Below, piece after piece: positions 1 through 10,265 of a DNA stretch of 64,000 nucleotides. Source of the DNA: Cyanobacteria bacterium auto_48_18 (GTDB lineage Bacteria > Cyanobacteriota > Vampirovibrionia > Obscuribacterales > Obscuribacteraceae); the NCBI GenBank assembly GCA_036170915.1, contig JAVHQC010000019.1:1-64000 (forward strand). Reading direction: 5' to 3'. Below the pieces are notes generated by a model that saw only the letters and a list, made by a program, of their open reading frames with translations, made no database searches and had not been told where the DNA came from. Numbering within the stretch: position 1 is the first letter of the stretch; every line of letters begins with the position of its first letter. Both the position numbers and the translations under genes were made by a program.

Positions 1-1
1 T

Positions 2-592
2 TTTGAAGAGCGTCGTCAGCGCAACAAAGACGACATCGAAAACAAAATCTTGATGCCTCTGCAAAAAGCTTTGAGCGAAGGCAAATTTAGTTTTAAAGGT
101 GTGCTCTATATCGGCATTTTGATGCATCAAGACGCCGCTAAAAAAGACAAACCAGAACCTTATGTTTTAGAGTTCAACGCCCGGTTCGGCGACCCTGAAA
201 CTCAGACAATTTTGCCTTTATTGCAATCTGATCTTTACGACGCGCTCTTTGCTTGCACTAATGGCAGCTTAGAGAAAAAAGCGCTGCAATGGTCAAAACA
301 AGCTGCCTGTTGTGTGATCGCGGCAGCTCGCGACTATCCACAATCGTCTTCTAAAGGCGAGTCACTAATATTGCCTGAACCAGATAACTCTACATTGATT
401 TTTCATGCCGGCACCAAAATGACTGACCATGGCCTCGTCACTGACGGCGGTCGTATATTTGCCACTGTGGGAATTGCCGACACTATGGTGCAAGCCAGAG
501 AAAACGCATACAAATTTTTATCGCAAGTTCAAAACCAAAGTATAGATTATCGCAGCGATATAGCTAAGAGGGAAACGTGGCAATCAAAATAG
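2..592 (+). CDS. purD: phosphoribosylamine--glycine ligase, C-terminal part (5' end outside window)
   Basis: Frame open from base 2; motifs LEFNARFGDPETQ, FHAGTK, TDGGR, YRSDIA; first gene of the pur cluster. Confidence 0.95.
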   Translation, partial: FEERRQRNKDDIENKILMPLQKALSEGKFSFKGVLYIGILMHQDAAKKDKPEPYVLEFNARFGDPETQTILPLLQSDLYDALFACTNGSLEKKALQWSKQAACCVIAAARDYPQSSSKGESLILPEPDNSTLIFHAGTKMTDHGLVTDGGRIFATVGIADTMVQARENAYKFLSQVQNQSIDYRSDIAKRETWQSK

Positions 593-3500
593 CTGTACTG
601 GTATCTGGCCGTGGATCTAATCTGGAAGCCATTCTTGAATCTATTGAGAAAAACGAGCTGGCTGCTCAGGTGGTGGCGGTCTTATCGAATAATCCCGATT
701 CATATGCTTTGAAAATTGCCCGCAAACATAACCTGCCGGTGGTGGCAGTTGATCACCGCGGCATTTCACGCAAAGAACATGAAAAACTGGTTTTGCAAGC
801 ATTGAAACCTTTTGCTCCAGAGTATCTAGTGCTGGCTGGTTACATGCGTATTTTGTCGGGAGAGTTTCTTTCTCATTACAAAGACAGTAATGGCTATTTT
901 AAAGTTATAAACATCCATCCATCACTTCTGCCGGCATTCCCCGGTAAATCTGCTTACGAAGACGCTTTCAGCTATGGTGTAAAAATTTCCGGCATCACTA
1001 TTCACCTTGTGGACGAACAAGTTGACCACGGCCCGATTCTGGCCCAGGCCATTTTTGAACGTCAGCCCGGCGACACTTTAGAAACTTTCCAGGCACGGGG
1101 CCTGGCAGTTGAGCATAAACTTTTTCCTCAAGTGCTGAGCAAAATTGCGGCCGGCGGGTTGGCCAGCTTAATTGATGAGACAAAAACTGAAAGTTCAACA
1201 AATAAAAATTCGGCAAAAGAAGATTCAGCAAAAGAAGATTCAGAAAATCCAGCAGATGCAGACGATACCGATCTGGTGGAAGAGTCTTTGTGCGTTGCAG
1301 TTGTACCGAAAAATTTAGCCGCTAGAAATAATGGCACACCCGTAGAAATGCCTTTGTACTGGCTCAATACAAAAGGTGCCACCGCCGCGGCAGAGGACGA
1401 GAAACTTTTAGCTGCCTTGAAAGAAGTATTGGCTGACTCACTCTTAGAAAATGTATTATGTGTCTCCGCTCAAGATCGCCAGCAATGGGTGACGCAATGG
1501 CAAGACCTGGGCTTCAAGTGGTTTGCCGAAAGACAATATCTGCCTGGTGTGACAGATAACCTTGCGCGCACAGTAGAAGAAGCACTGCACCTAAGCGGTT
1601 TAGCAACCAAAGTCAAAGTGGCATCTGGTTCGGCCTATCTCTTTAACGACGAGATGAACATCAAAGAAGTAGATAGCTTCTGCCGCTATCGTCACTATCA
1701 TCCGGTTACAGACAAATTCCGTATTCACGATCTTAAAATGCCTTTTCCACCGAAGCTGCTTGAATTTCCGGCAGTGCACCTGCCGTCTACGCCAGAGCCT
1801 GAATTAATTGCCCTCGATTTGCCCGACAGCGAGCTAGAGAATCTCAGTCGCAAACGCACTCTGGCCCTCAACTTAGTTGAGATGCAGACCATAAGAAAGC
1901 ACTTTGAGCAAAAAGATGTAATCGCTCTGCGCGCCGAAGAAAATCTTTCGCAGTGGCCCACTGATGTTGAACTGGAAGTGATCGCTCAAACATGGTCTGA
2001 GCATTGCAAACACAAAATATTTAACGCCGTCATTCACGACAAAATGGCTCACGTTAAAGAAAGCACCATGACCATGAGCATGGCCGGTACAATCAGCGGC
2101 AAACCAGTGCAATCAAACGAGCGCACTATCACTAGTTTGTACAAGAGTTATGTGCAGGCAGCCACAAAACAACTGGCCGCTAAAAGAAGCGACTTGCTTT
2201 CGGTCTTCGTGGACAATGCTGGTGTTATTAAATGGAATGACGACTGGGGTATCTGCTTTAAAGTTGAGACCCATAATTCGCCTTCAGCCTTAGAGCCCTA
2301 CGGCGGCGCACTAACAGGCATATTAGGTGTAAATAGAGATATTCTCGGCACCGGTCTTGGTGCCAAGCCAATTTGCAATACCGACGTTTTCTGTTTTGCT
2401 TATCCGGCTTCCGATCTGCCCAATCGGCCAACAATGTTGCCAGCCACCTCAATAATTCAAGGGGTGCGTAAAGGTGTTCAAGATGGCGGCAATAAGAGCG
2501 GCATTCCCACAGTTAATGGTGCCGTATATTTCAACAACGGCTACCGCGCTAAGCCACTAGTATTCTGTGGTACCGGCGGCATTCTGCCACTGTCAGTGGC
2601 CGGCCAGTGCGGCTATGAAAAGCACACCACTGATGGTGACTCAATTGTTATGGTGGGTGGGAGAGTTGGCAAAGACGGCATTCACGGTGCCACATTCTCA
2701 TCAGAAGCCTTAAATATTGACTCACCGATGTCGGCTGTACAGATTGGCGATCCGTTTACACAAAAACGAGTGACCGACTTTATCTTAGAAGCTCGCGACG
2801 CTGGTTTGATTTCTGGTATCACCGACAATGGTGCCGGCGGTCTTTCGTCTTCCGTAGGCGAAATGGCGCAAATTACAGGCGGCGCCACCCTTGAAGTCAA
2901 CAGTATTCCCCTTAAATATCCTGGTCTGGCCGACTATGAAATTGTGATTTCAGAATCACAAGAACGTATGACCCTGTCGTCCACAAAAATTGATCAGCTC
3001 AAAGAACTGGCCGCGAAACATAGTGTAGTACTGACCGTGATTGGCACGTTCAATAAAAGTGGATTCTTCCGTATCACCAGGGAAGGCAAAACCGTTGGTT
3101 TGCTTGACCTGAAATTTTTACATGATGGCGCACCGCGTCTGGAATTGGAAGCTCACTGGCAGCCTCCTGTAACCATAGACAAAATCGAGCAACCGCCAAA
3201 AGATCTGGGTGAAGCGTTGCTCAGATTACTCAATCATCCCAATATTTGCAGTCGAGAGCCTGTCATACGCCAGTACGATCATGAAGTACAAGGTGGCAGT
3301 GTAGTGAAACCGCTCATGGGTCGCGAGCAAACTGCACCATGCGATGCAGCAGTAATACAACCAATCTTGGGCGACGCTAGTGGGCTAGTAGTATCAAACG
3401 GTCTTTGCCCTCAATTGAGTGATTTCGACGCTCATCTTATGGCAATTTGTGCAGTAGACGAAGCGGTGAGAAATGCGGTCTGCGTCGGTGCAGATCCATC

Positions 3501-4341
3501 AAGCCTGGCATTGCTCGATAATTTCTGTTGGCCAGATCCTGTTGCATCGCCTAGCAATACAGACGGAAAGAGAAAACTTGGTCAACTGGTGCAAGCCTGC
3601 GAAGGCCTGTACGAAGCCGTTCTTGCTTACAACGCCCCTCTGATTTCGGGCAAAGACAGCATGAAGAACGACTTTGACGACGGCGCTATTCGTATTTCCA
3701 TTCCACCCACTTTACTGATCTCGGCAATTGGCAAAGTGCCTGACATTGAACAAGTAGTAACGATGGAATTCAAAGCCACCGGCGATCATATCTTCCTTGT
3801 CAGCGCCGGCGCCCTTGGGCTTGCTGCCACCACTTATGCACAATCAATGAAATGGACATCTTCGATTTTGCCCGAGCTCAATTTGGAAGCAGCGGCAGCG
3901 GCTTATCAAATAATCTATGCTGCCATGCAGAAAAATCTAGTGCAATCTTGCCACGATTTATCAGAAGGCGGTCTGGCGGTGGCAGTCAGTGAATGTATCA
4001 TCGGCAGCGGTTTTGGCGCTGATTTAAATGCCGAAGCCATAGTCAGAGCAGCAGAAAGTGGTGCCCGCTATCACGACCTTCTGCGCGAACGCTTAGATTT
4101 TGCTCTCTTTGGCGAAGGCCCAGCCCGAATGCTTATTTCGGTCTCGCCAAAAAATCTATCTGCATGGCAAGCGCTCTGGCAAGACAGCGAAATTTCAGTA
4201 ATTGAAATCGGCAAGGTAACCGGCTTTGGCGTATTTAAGTTGCAGTCTGAGAAGCAAAACGAACTAATAAACCTCGGTGTAATAAATCTGAAGCAAGCCT
4301 GGCAAGCTAAGTTGCCTTTTGATGAGGACTTCCATGAATAA
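577..4341 (+). CDS. purN-purL: fused GAR transformylase (PurN) + PurS-like region + FGAM synthase large subunit (PurL)
   Basis: aa 1-195: SGRGSNL, LAGYMRIL, NIHPSLLPAFPG, VDHGPI (PurN); acidic linker; LPGVTDN PurS-like segment; QTWSEHCKHKIF, KVETHNSPS, DNGAGG, SESQER, HDLSEGGL (PurL); one uninterrupted ORF with GTG start overlapping purD. Confidence 0.92.
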   Translation: MAIKIAVLVSGRGSNLEAILESIEKNELAAQVVAVLSNNPDSYALKIARKHNLPVVAVDHRGISRKEHEKLVLQALKPFAPEYLVLAGYMRILSGEFLSHYKDSNGYFKVINIHPSLLPAFPGKSAYEDAFSYGVKISGITIHLVDEQVDHGPILAQAIFERQPGDTLETFQARGLAVEHKLFPQVLSKIAAGGLASLIDETKTESSTNKNSAKEDSAKEDSENPADADDTDLVEESLCVAVVPKNLAARNNGTPVEMPLYWLNTKGATAAAEDEKLLAALKEVLADSLLENVLCVSAQDRQQWVTQWQDLGFKWFAERQYLPGVTDNLARTVEEALHLSGLATKVKVASGSAYLFNDEMNIKEVDSFCRYRHYHPVTDKFRIHDLKMPFPPKLLEFPAVHLPSTPEPELIALDLPDSELENLSRKRTLALNLVEMQTIRKHFEQKDVIALRAEENLSQWPTDVELEVIAQTWSEHCKHKIFNAVIHDKMAHVKESTMTMSMAGTISGKPVQSNERTITSLYKSYVQAATKQLAAKRSDLLSVFVDNAGVIKWNDDWGICFKVETHNSPSALEPYGGALTGILGVNRDILGTGLGAKPICNTDVFCFAYPASDLPNRPTMLPATSIIQGVRKGVQDGGNKSGIPTVNGAVYFNNGYRAKPLVFCGTGGILPLSVAGQCGYEKHTTDGDSIVMVGGRVGKDGIHGATFSSEALNIDSPMSAVQIGDPFTQKRVTDFILEARDAGLISGITDNGAGGLSSSVGEMAQITGGATLEVNSIPLKYPGLADYEIVISESQERMTLSSTKIDQLKELAAKHSVVLTVIGTFNKSGFFRITREGKTVGLLDLKFLHDGAPRLELEAHWQPPVTIDKIEQPPKDLGEALLRLLNHPNICSREPVIRQYDHEVQGGSVVKPLMGREQTAPCDAAVIQPILGDASGLVVSNGLCPQLSDFDAHLMAICAVDEAVRNAVCVGADPSSLALLDNFCWPDPVASPSNTDGKRKLGQLVQACEGLYEAVLAYNAPLISGKDSMKNDFDDGAIRISIPPTLLISAIGKVPDIEQVVTMEFKATGDHIFLVSAGALGLAATTYAQSMKWTSSILPELNLEAAAAAYQIIYAAMQKNLVQSCHDLSEGGLAVAVSECIIGSGFGADLNAEAIVRAAESGARYHDLLRERLDFALFGEGPARMLISVSPKNLSAWQALWQDSEISVIEIGKVTGFGVFKLQSEKQNELINLGVINLKQAWQAKLPFDEDFHE

Positions 4342-5128
4342 ACCCCAAGCCCTGGTATTAAGCGGCGATGGTATCAACTGCGCCAGCGAAACTGCCCACG
4401 GTCTCGAATTAGCCGGATTTAAAGCTGTGGTCAGCCACACCAGTGATTTGTTGACCAACCCGGCAGCACTTACTGGTGCCTCACTCTTAGCATTACCCGG
4501 CGGCTTCTCATTTGGTGACGAAATTGCCAGCGGCAAAGTTTTAGCCGTAAAAATCAGACATAAAATGCTCGACTTGCTGCATCAATATATTGACAAAGGT
4601 GGGCTTGTTCTCGGCATCTGTAATGGTTTTCAAACACTGGTGCAGCTTGGGCTTTTACCCAACTCCAATCAAACTGATGGTGATAATTCAACAGTGAGCC
4701 TGAGGCACAATGCTGGTGGAAAATTTATCAATCGCTGGGTGGAGATGTCGGTTACTCAAAACACTCCTTTCCTAACGAGCTTGCAGACTATCAGTTTGCC
4801 CATCAGACACGGTGAAGGCAAAATTGAAATTAAGCCAGACGCTAAAGCCGACGAAATTGCATTTGTGCAAAATCAAACGGCGCTAACCTATCACCAGGAC
4901 GTCAACGGCAGTTTCGAAAGAATCGCCGCACTCACCAACGCTAAAGGCAATGTTTTTGGGCTCATGCCTCACCCTGAAGCTTTTGTGCGCCACTCGCAGC
5001 ACCCGGCTTACCAGGCTTACAAACACGCCGCTGCCGACCGCAAAGCTGAAAATACAATTGTCTGTTTTGAAAATAAGTTTGCCGATGGTCTGGTAATTCT
5101 TAAAAATGCCCGCTTCTCACTCAACTAA
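4334..5128 (+). CDS. purQ: FGAM synthase glutamine amidotransferase subunit
   Basis: PGGFSFGD, GICNGFQ (catalytic Cys), HGEG, MPHPE; ATG 4334 overlaps the end of purL. Confidence 0.95.
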   Translation: MNKPQALVLSGDGINCASETAHGLELAGFKAVVSHTSDLLTNPAALTGASLLALPGGFSFGDEIASGKVLAVKIRHKMLDLLHQYIDKGGLVLGICNGFQTLVQLGLLPNSNQTDGDNSTVSLRHNAGGKFINRWVEMSVTQNTPFLTSLQTISLPIRHGEGKIEIKPDAKADEIAFVQNQTALTYHQDVNGSFERIAALTNAKGNVFGLMPHPEAFVRHSQHPAYQAYKHAAADRKAENTIVCFENKFADGLVILKNARFSLN

Positions 5129-5137
5129 GAGCATTCA

Positions 5138-6175
5138 ATGAAAGAAGAGAAATTAGAAGAGAAAATGCAAACTTATGCCTCAGCCGGAGTAGATATTGCT
5201 CAAGCAGACAGGTTTGTTGATCGCTTAAAAAATATGGCTCGCCGCAGTGGACACGAGCAAATGTGGAAAGCCGCCGGCGGCTATGCTGCCGTTTATCCGG
5301 CTCTGGGAGACACTAGCCGGGGCATCGCCGTCACTACTGATGGTGTCGGCACCAAACTTTTAGTAGCCCACAAGTTGAAAAAATATGACACCATCGGCAT
5401 TGACCTGGTGGCAATGTGTGCCAACGATTTAATTTGCGTCGGTGCCACACCAAATATTTTTCTTGATTACTTTGCTGTGGGTAAACTCGACCAGTCAGCT
5501 GACGCTATTATGCAAGGAATTGTCACTGGTTGTGATCAAACCGGCATGCTGCTTGTGGGTGGCGAGACTGCCGAAATGCCCGGAGTTTACGAAAAGGGTC
5601 ATTTTGACCTGGCCGGTTTTGCTGTAGGTCAGGTACAGAAAAAAGATCTACTCACCGGTGAGCGCGTGGCCGCTGGTCAGACTTTAGTGGGAATTGCTTC
5701 CAGCGGTATTCACTCTAATGGTTTGTCTCTGGCGAGAAAAGTTCTACCCGACGATGACGAGACCTATCTAGCTTTGCTCGAGCCCACCCTGCTTTACGTC
5801 AAGGTGATGCTGGCGGCTCTGGCACAATTTGGCCCACAAATAACTGGCATGGCGAATATCACTGGTGGTGGCTGGACTAATCTGTTCAGATTAAATGACA
5901 AAGTGGGTTTCAATATTGATAAACCACTGACGGTACCACCCATTTTGCAGAAAATTACCACCGTGGCCGAAATTGCCGAGATTGAAATGTATAAAACATT
6001 CAATATGGGTATGGGAATGGCCGTGATGGTGGACGGCGACGCCACGCCGCTAATAAACTTGATCACAAATCATGGCTTTAAAGCGCAAATCGTGGGTGTT
6101 GTTACCGATCAGGCCGGCACTCTCAATACGATATCGCTAGCTACAAAATCTCTGACTATAAAAGCTGAGCACTAA
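5138..6175 (+). CDS. purM: phosphoribosylformylglycinamidine cyclo-ligase (AIR synthase)
   Basis: YASAGVDI, TDGVGTK, GGETAEMPG, SSGIHSNG, TFNMGMG. Confidence 0.96.
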   Translation: MKEEKLEEKMQTYASAGVDIAQADRFVDRLKNMARRSGHEQMWKAAGGYAAVYPALGDTSRGIAVTTDGVGTKLLVAHKLKKYDTIGIDLVAMCANDLICVGATPNIFLDYFAVGKLDQSADAIMQGIVTGCDQTGMLLVGGETAEMPGVYEKGHFDLAGFAVGQVQKKDLLTGERVAAGQTLVGIASSGIHSNGLSLARKVLPDDDETYLALLEPTLLYVKVMLAALAQFGPQITGMANITGGGWTNLFRLNDKVGFNIDKPLTVPPILQKITTVAEIAEIEMYKTFNMGMGMAVMVDGDATPLINLITNHGFKAQIVGVVTDQAGTLNTISLATKSLTIKAEH

Positions 6176-6191
6176 AAAGGAAAAACGATCA

Positions 6192-7796
6192 ATGAAAACT
6201 GTTCTTGTCAGCGTCACCGACAAAACCGGCCTCGACAATTTTCTTCGGCGGCTGGAACGCTTCGACACTTTGCGCTTGATTGCCACCACCAGCACAGCTA
6301 AATATCTGGAAGAAAAAGGCTTTAAATGCACGAAAGTGGAAGAGCTGACAGGCTTCCCCGAAATACTCTCGGGCCGTGTCAAAACCTTGCATCCAAAAGT
6401 TTTTGCCGGTATTCTCGCTCGCCCTATCAAAGAAGACCGCTCTTGTCTGGCAGAGATGGAAATTTCTGAAATAGATATTGTTGTAGTTAACCTCTACGCT
6501 TTCGAAGATGCTTTAACCAAAAATCTCGACGAGCAACCAATGGTAGAGCAAATTGACGTAGGCGGAGTGGCGCTATTGCGCGCTGCGGCCAAGAATTTTG
6601 AGCGAGTGGCAGTTATTAATGAGCCTTCTCAATACGATAGTTTAATTGAAGCCATGGACGCCAACGGTGGCGAATTGTCTGTTTCATTCAGACGCAAACT
6701 GGCATATCAGGCCTTTGCCCGCACGGCTGGGTACGACCAGAGCATATCTACTTATCTGGGTCAGCTAGTGCAGCATGAATTGGCTAAAGCTGATGCTAAG
6801 GAGCTACAAGCTAAAAGCGAAACTGTTTTTGCCGATCAACTGACCATCAAATTGAAGCGACAAGAAACGCTGCGTTATGGCGAAAACCCGCATCAAGCAG
6901 CAGCCTGGTATGCAGTGGAAGGCTCACCGGTGCCTGGATTCACCAGCGGCAATTTCCCGCCTTTTGAACAACTGCAAGGCAAAGAAATGTCTTCGAACAA
7001 CATCACTGATTCTTATGCTCTGATAAAAATTCTGCGCGAGCTTAAAGCACCGGCGGTCTGTGTAATTAAACATAATAATCCGTGCGGAGTAGCCGAAGCA
7101 AAAACATTAGCTGAGGCCTATGAACTAGCTTACGAGTGTGATCCGCTGTCAGCTTTTGGTGGCGTATACGGTTTCACCGGAAAAGTCGATGCCGCTCTCG
7201 CCGAGCGTGTCACCCGCAACTTTGTTGAAATTGTTTTAGCTCCCGAATATGACGAAGAAGCACTGGCAGTCTTTACCAAGAAAAAGAATGTCAGAGTATT
7301 GCAAGCACAAATAGATAAAACCATCGCCAAGAGACGCGACTGGAAAATGAAACATTTAGGTGACTACGGCTGGCTTTTAGAAGTAGATCAAGAAGCACCG
7401 GTGGAAGCAAGCTCGTTTAAGTGTGTGACTGAAACTCAGCCAGACCCTGCTCTGACAAGCGATATCGCTTTCACCTGGTCTGTGGTCAAACACCTCACTT
7501 CAAATGCGATATTTGTAGCTAAAGATGGCCTGTCTCTTGGTTTTGGTATTGGCCAAACCAGTCGCATCGCCAGTACAAGTATTGCCCTGAAACAGGCGGG
7601 TGAAAAAGCTAAAGGAGCGGTCATGGCCAGTGAAGCGTTCTTGCCTGCTACGGATAACATTGAAGCGGCGGCCGAAGCTGGTATTGCGGTAATTATTCAA
7701 CCGGGCGGCAGTATAAAAGATGCCGATGTAATTGCAGCTTGCAACAAATTTAAAATTGCCATGGTCTTTACCGGCCAGCGCTGCTTTAAACACTAA
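6192..7796 (+). CDS. purH: bifunctional AICAR transformylase/IMP cyclohydrolase
   Basis: GRVKTLHP, AAKNF, LRYGENPHQ, KHNNPCG, IQPGGS, C-terminal RCFKH. Confidence 0.96.
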   Translation: MKTVLVSVTDKTGLDNFLRRLERFDTLRLIATTSTAKYLEEKGFKCTKVEELTGFPEILSGRVKTLHPKVFAGILARPIKEDRSCLAEMEISEIDIVVVNLYAFEDALTKNLDEQPMVEQIDVGGVALLRAAAKNFERVAVINEPSQYDSLIEAMDANGGELSVSFRRKLAYQAFARTAGYDQSISTYLGQLVQHELAKADAKELQAKSETVFADQLTIKLKRQETLRYGENPHQAAAWYAVEGSPVPGFTSGNFPPFEQLQGKEMSSNNITDSYALIKILRELKAPAVCVIKHNNPCGVAEAKTLAEAYELAYECDPLSAFGGVYGFTGKVDAALAERVTRNFVEIVLAPEYDEEALAVFTKKKNVRVLQAQIDKTIAKRRDWKMKHLGDYGWLLEVDQEAPVEASSFKCVTETQPDPALTSDIAFTWSVVKHLTSNAIFVAKDGLSLGFGIGQTSRIASTSIALKQAGEKAKGAVMASEAFLPATDNIEAAAEAGIAVIIQPGGSIKDADVIAACNKFKIAMVFTGQRCFKH

Positions 7797-8728
7797 TGCA
7801 ACTAGACATCAATATGAAAAATTGCCTCAAAATCCTGGCCGTGATTTTGTGTTTGTCTTCCCTCAATACAAGCAATCTCGAAGCACAAGCCAAAACCACA
7901 AGCTCAATGGAAAAACTGGAAAATATGAGTTACTGGCCAGGTGGTAACCCAGATGACGTGGCACATCGGCTCAGTCTGTATTTGCCAAAAGTAAAAGAGA
8001 AAGAGAAAAGTTTTCCGCTGATCATCTATGTTCACGGTGGTGGCTGGACATCAAGACCTAATCCGGGCACTACTCCGCTCTGGTTGCCGCAATTTGTCAA
8101 AAACGGATACGCGGTGGCCATAGTTAACTACCGTCTGGCACAAGAAGGTATTTTTTCCAGTCAAATGGAAGACCTCAATTGTGCATTGCGCTTTCTCAAA
8201 GGTAATGCCGATAAATTTCATATCGATGCTGGTCATGTCGGTCTGTGGGGCATGTCGGCAGGTGGGCATTTGGTGGCACTGATGGGAACCTCGGCAGTCA
8301 GTCCGCTGCTCAATATGGGCGGCGATCAATCAATAAGTAGGGATGTTCAGGCGGTCTGCGATATGGCTGGTCCTACCAATCTTTACGATCTAGGCACTAA
8401 TATTTATCCGCTTAAGCAATGGGATACCACCACCTCTGGTGCATCTCTTTCACTGCTGTTAGGCGGAACAGCTGCCAGTCAAAAAGCCAGAGCACTGGAA
8501 GCTAGCCCAGACACATACGTATCTGCAGGTAGCCCCCCTTTTCTCATTATCCATGGCATTAATGATGCTGTTGTGCCGGTAGAGCAGAGCGACCTGCTGG
8601 TGGAAAAGCTGCAACAAGCCGGTGTAAAAACCACTTATATGAGACTACCAAAATTTGGCCATGACGTAGAAAAAGGTAAAAACCTTGACGCTGTTCAAAC
8701 TTTCTTTGATCAGTATCTCAAACGATAG
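7796..8728 (+). CDS. exported alpha/beta hydrolase (HSL-like esterase)
   Basis: Signal peptide-like N-terminus, HGGGW oxyanion motif, GMSAGG nucleophile elbow, HGINDAVVP, GH; TAATG overlap with the purH stop. Confidence 0.88.
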   Translation: MQLDINMKNCLKILAVILCLSSLNTSNLEAQAKTTSSMEKLENMSYWPGGNPDDVAHRLSLYLPKVKEKEKSFPLIIYVHGGGWTSRPNPGTTPLWLPQFVKNGYAVAIVNYRLAQEGIFSSQMEDLNCALRFLKGNADKFHIDAGHVGLWGMSAGGHLVALMGTSAVSPLLNMGGDQSISRDVQAVCDMAGPTNLYDLGTNIYPLKQWDTTTSGASLSLLLGGTAASQKARALEASPDTYVSAGSPPFLIIHGINDAVVPVEQSDLLVEKLQQAGVKTTYMRLPKFGHDVEKGKNLDAVQTFFDQYLKR

Positions 8729-8738
8729 TAACCAAAAA

Positions 8739-10265
8739 ATGGACATGATCCTTACCGATTGCGACAAAGAACCGATTCACCTTCCTTCGGCGATTCAGCC
8801 CTTTGGTGCATTACTAGCAATAGAAGGCGATGTTATAGTAGCAGTCAGTGAAAACTGTCAACAGTTTTTCGGAGCCCGAGAAGCATTGTTGGGCAGAGAT
8901 TACAGCGAAGTACTGGGCAGCAATTGCTACAAATTATTGGAAGCAGCCAGAGGCAAGATTGATTCAACGACACCGATGATGGTGCAGCTGACTCATCAAA
9001 AAACCTGGATTACAGCCATCGCCTTTCGCCAAGACAACTTAATAATCGTAGAATGCGAACGGCTGGAAGAAGAGTACGAGCCGGAAATAGCCTCTTTAAA
9101 GTTTGTCAGAGAAAAACAGGAAACTATTCTTTCTTATCTCGCCTTTGTTGCTGAAGGTGTAAGGAAATTGACTGGTTATAACCGGGTGATAATTTATGAA
9201 TTTGCTGATGACTGGCACGGCGAAGTAATAGCCGAATCAAAGTCGGCAGATCTTCGTTCTTTTTACGGCCACCATTTTCCTGCTACCGATATTCCAGAAC
9301 CGGCGAGGCGACTGTTTACCAGCAACTGGGTGCGCATGATTGCCGACGTTGATTATGCACCAGTACACATTCGTTCAAGTGATGTTAAACCAATTGATCT
9401 AACTCTAAGCGCCTTGCGCAGCGTCTCACCTATTCATCTTCAATACTTGCAAAATATGGAAGTAGCAGCCTCTCTTACTTTATCGATTATTTGCAACGGC
9501 AGGCTATGGGGCTTGATTGCTTGCCATCATTTAGAACCTAAATATTTGCCGGCGCATTTGCGGGCTGTATGTGCCTTGATTGCCAAAATGGTTTCAGCAA
9601 GAGTGACAGCCATTGAAGTTGAAGATTCTGCTTCCGCTCGCAGCAAACTTTTCAATTTTATTCTGTCACTGAAGAAGCAACTGGCTCAAGGTGAGAGTTT
9701 GAATGATTTGGTCAGCTCGGACAAACACGACCTATGGAAATTGATCGCAAGCGACGGCTTCGACTTCATCGCTAAAGATTTTTCCACCAGTACCGGTCAT
9801 GGCCTGGAGCCGCAGCAGCTTAAAGAGCTGCTCAAGCACCTCTCTACCAGCGACCAGCCAGTGCTACATTTCACCAATCTGTCGAATGCCTTTCCTCAAT
9901 GGTCGAACCCTTACAGCGGTGGCGTGCTGGCCATTTCAGTCAATCAAAACTGGTTTATCTGGAACAAAAAAGAATTGGTGCGTTCCATTACATGGGCTGG
10001 TCATCCTGACAAAACAGCTAACTCCCCGAATCAGCTAAGCCCTAGAACATCATTTGCCGCCTGGCAAGAGCAAGTGAAAGACACCTGCAGCGCCTGGCAG
10101 CCTTACGAAATTGAACTGGCTCGTGAGCTCGAAAAGGTAGTCGCAAGCACCTGCAGCGGTAAAGAGATGGCCTTTGAGCCAGATCGAAACGAATATCTGA
10201 ACAGGCTAAATCATGCCATCGATGACGACGTGAATAGTTTAAAAGAGCAAATTGATTTTAGTTAG
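8739..10265 (+). CDS. bacteriophytochrome photosensory core (PAS-GAF-PHY) without an output domain
   Basis: N-terminal bilin Cys in LTDCDKEPIHLPSAIQPFG, FPATDIP, SPIHLQYLQNM, LWGLIACHH, WAG and PRTSF tongue motifs; start placed at ATG 8739, just after the upstream stop. Confidence 0.9.
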   Translation: MDMILTDCDKEPIHLPSAIQPFGALLAIEGDVIVAVSENCQQFFGAREALLGRDYSEVLGSNCYKLLEAARGKIDSTTPMMVQLTHQKTWITAIAFRQDNLIIVECERLEEEYEPEIASLKFVREKQETILSYLAFVAEGVRKLTGYNRVIIYEFADDWHGEVIAESKSADLRSFYGHHFPATDIPEPARRLFTSNWVRMIADVDYAPVHIRSSDVKPIDLTLSALRSVSPIHLQYLQNMEVAASLTLSIICNGRLWGLIACHHLEPKYLPAHLRAVCALIAKMVSARVTAIEVEDSASARSKLFNFILSLKKQLAQGESLNDLVSSDKHDLWKLIASDGFDFIAKDFSTSTGHGLEPQQLKELLKHLSTSDQPVLHFTNLSNAFPQWSNPYSGGVLAISVNQNWFIWNKKELVRSITWAGHPDKTANSPNQLSPRTSFAAWQEQVKDTCSAWQPYEIELARELEKVVASTCSGKEMAFEPDRNEYLNRLNHAIDDDVNSLKEQIDFS

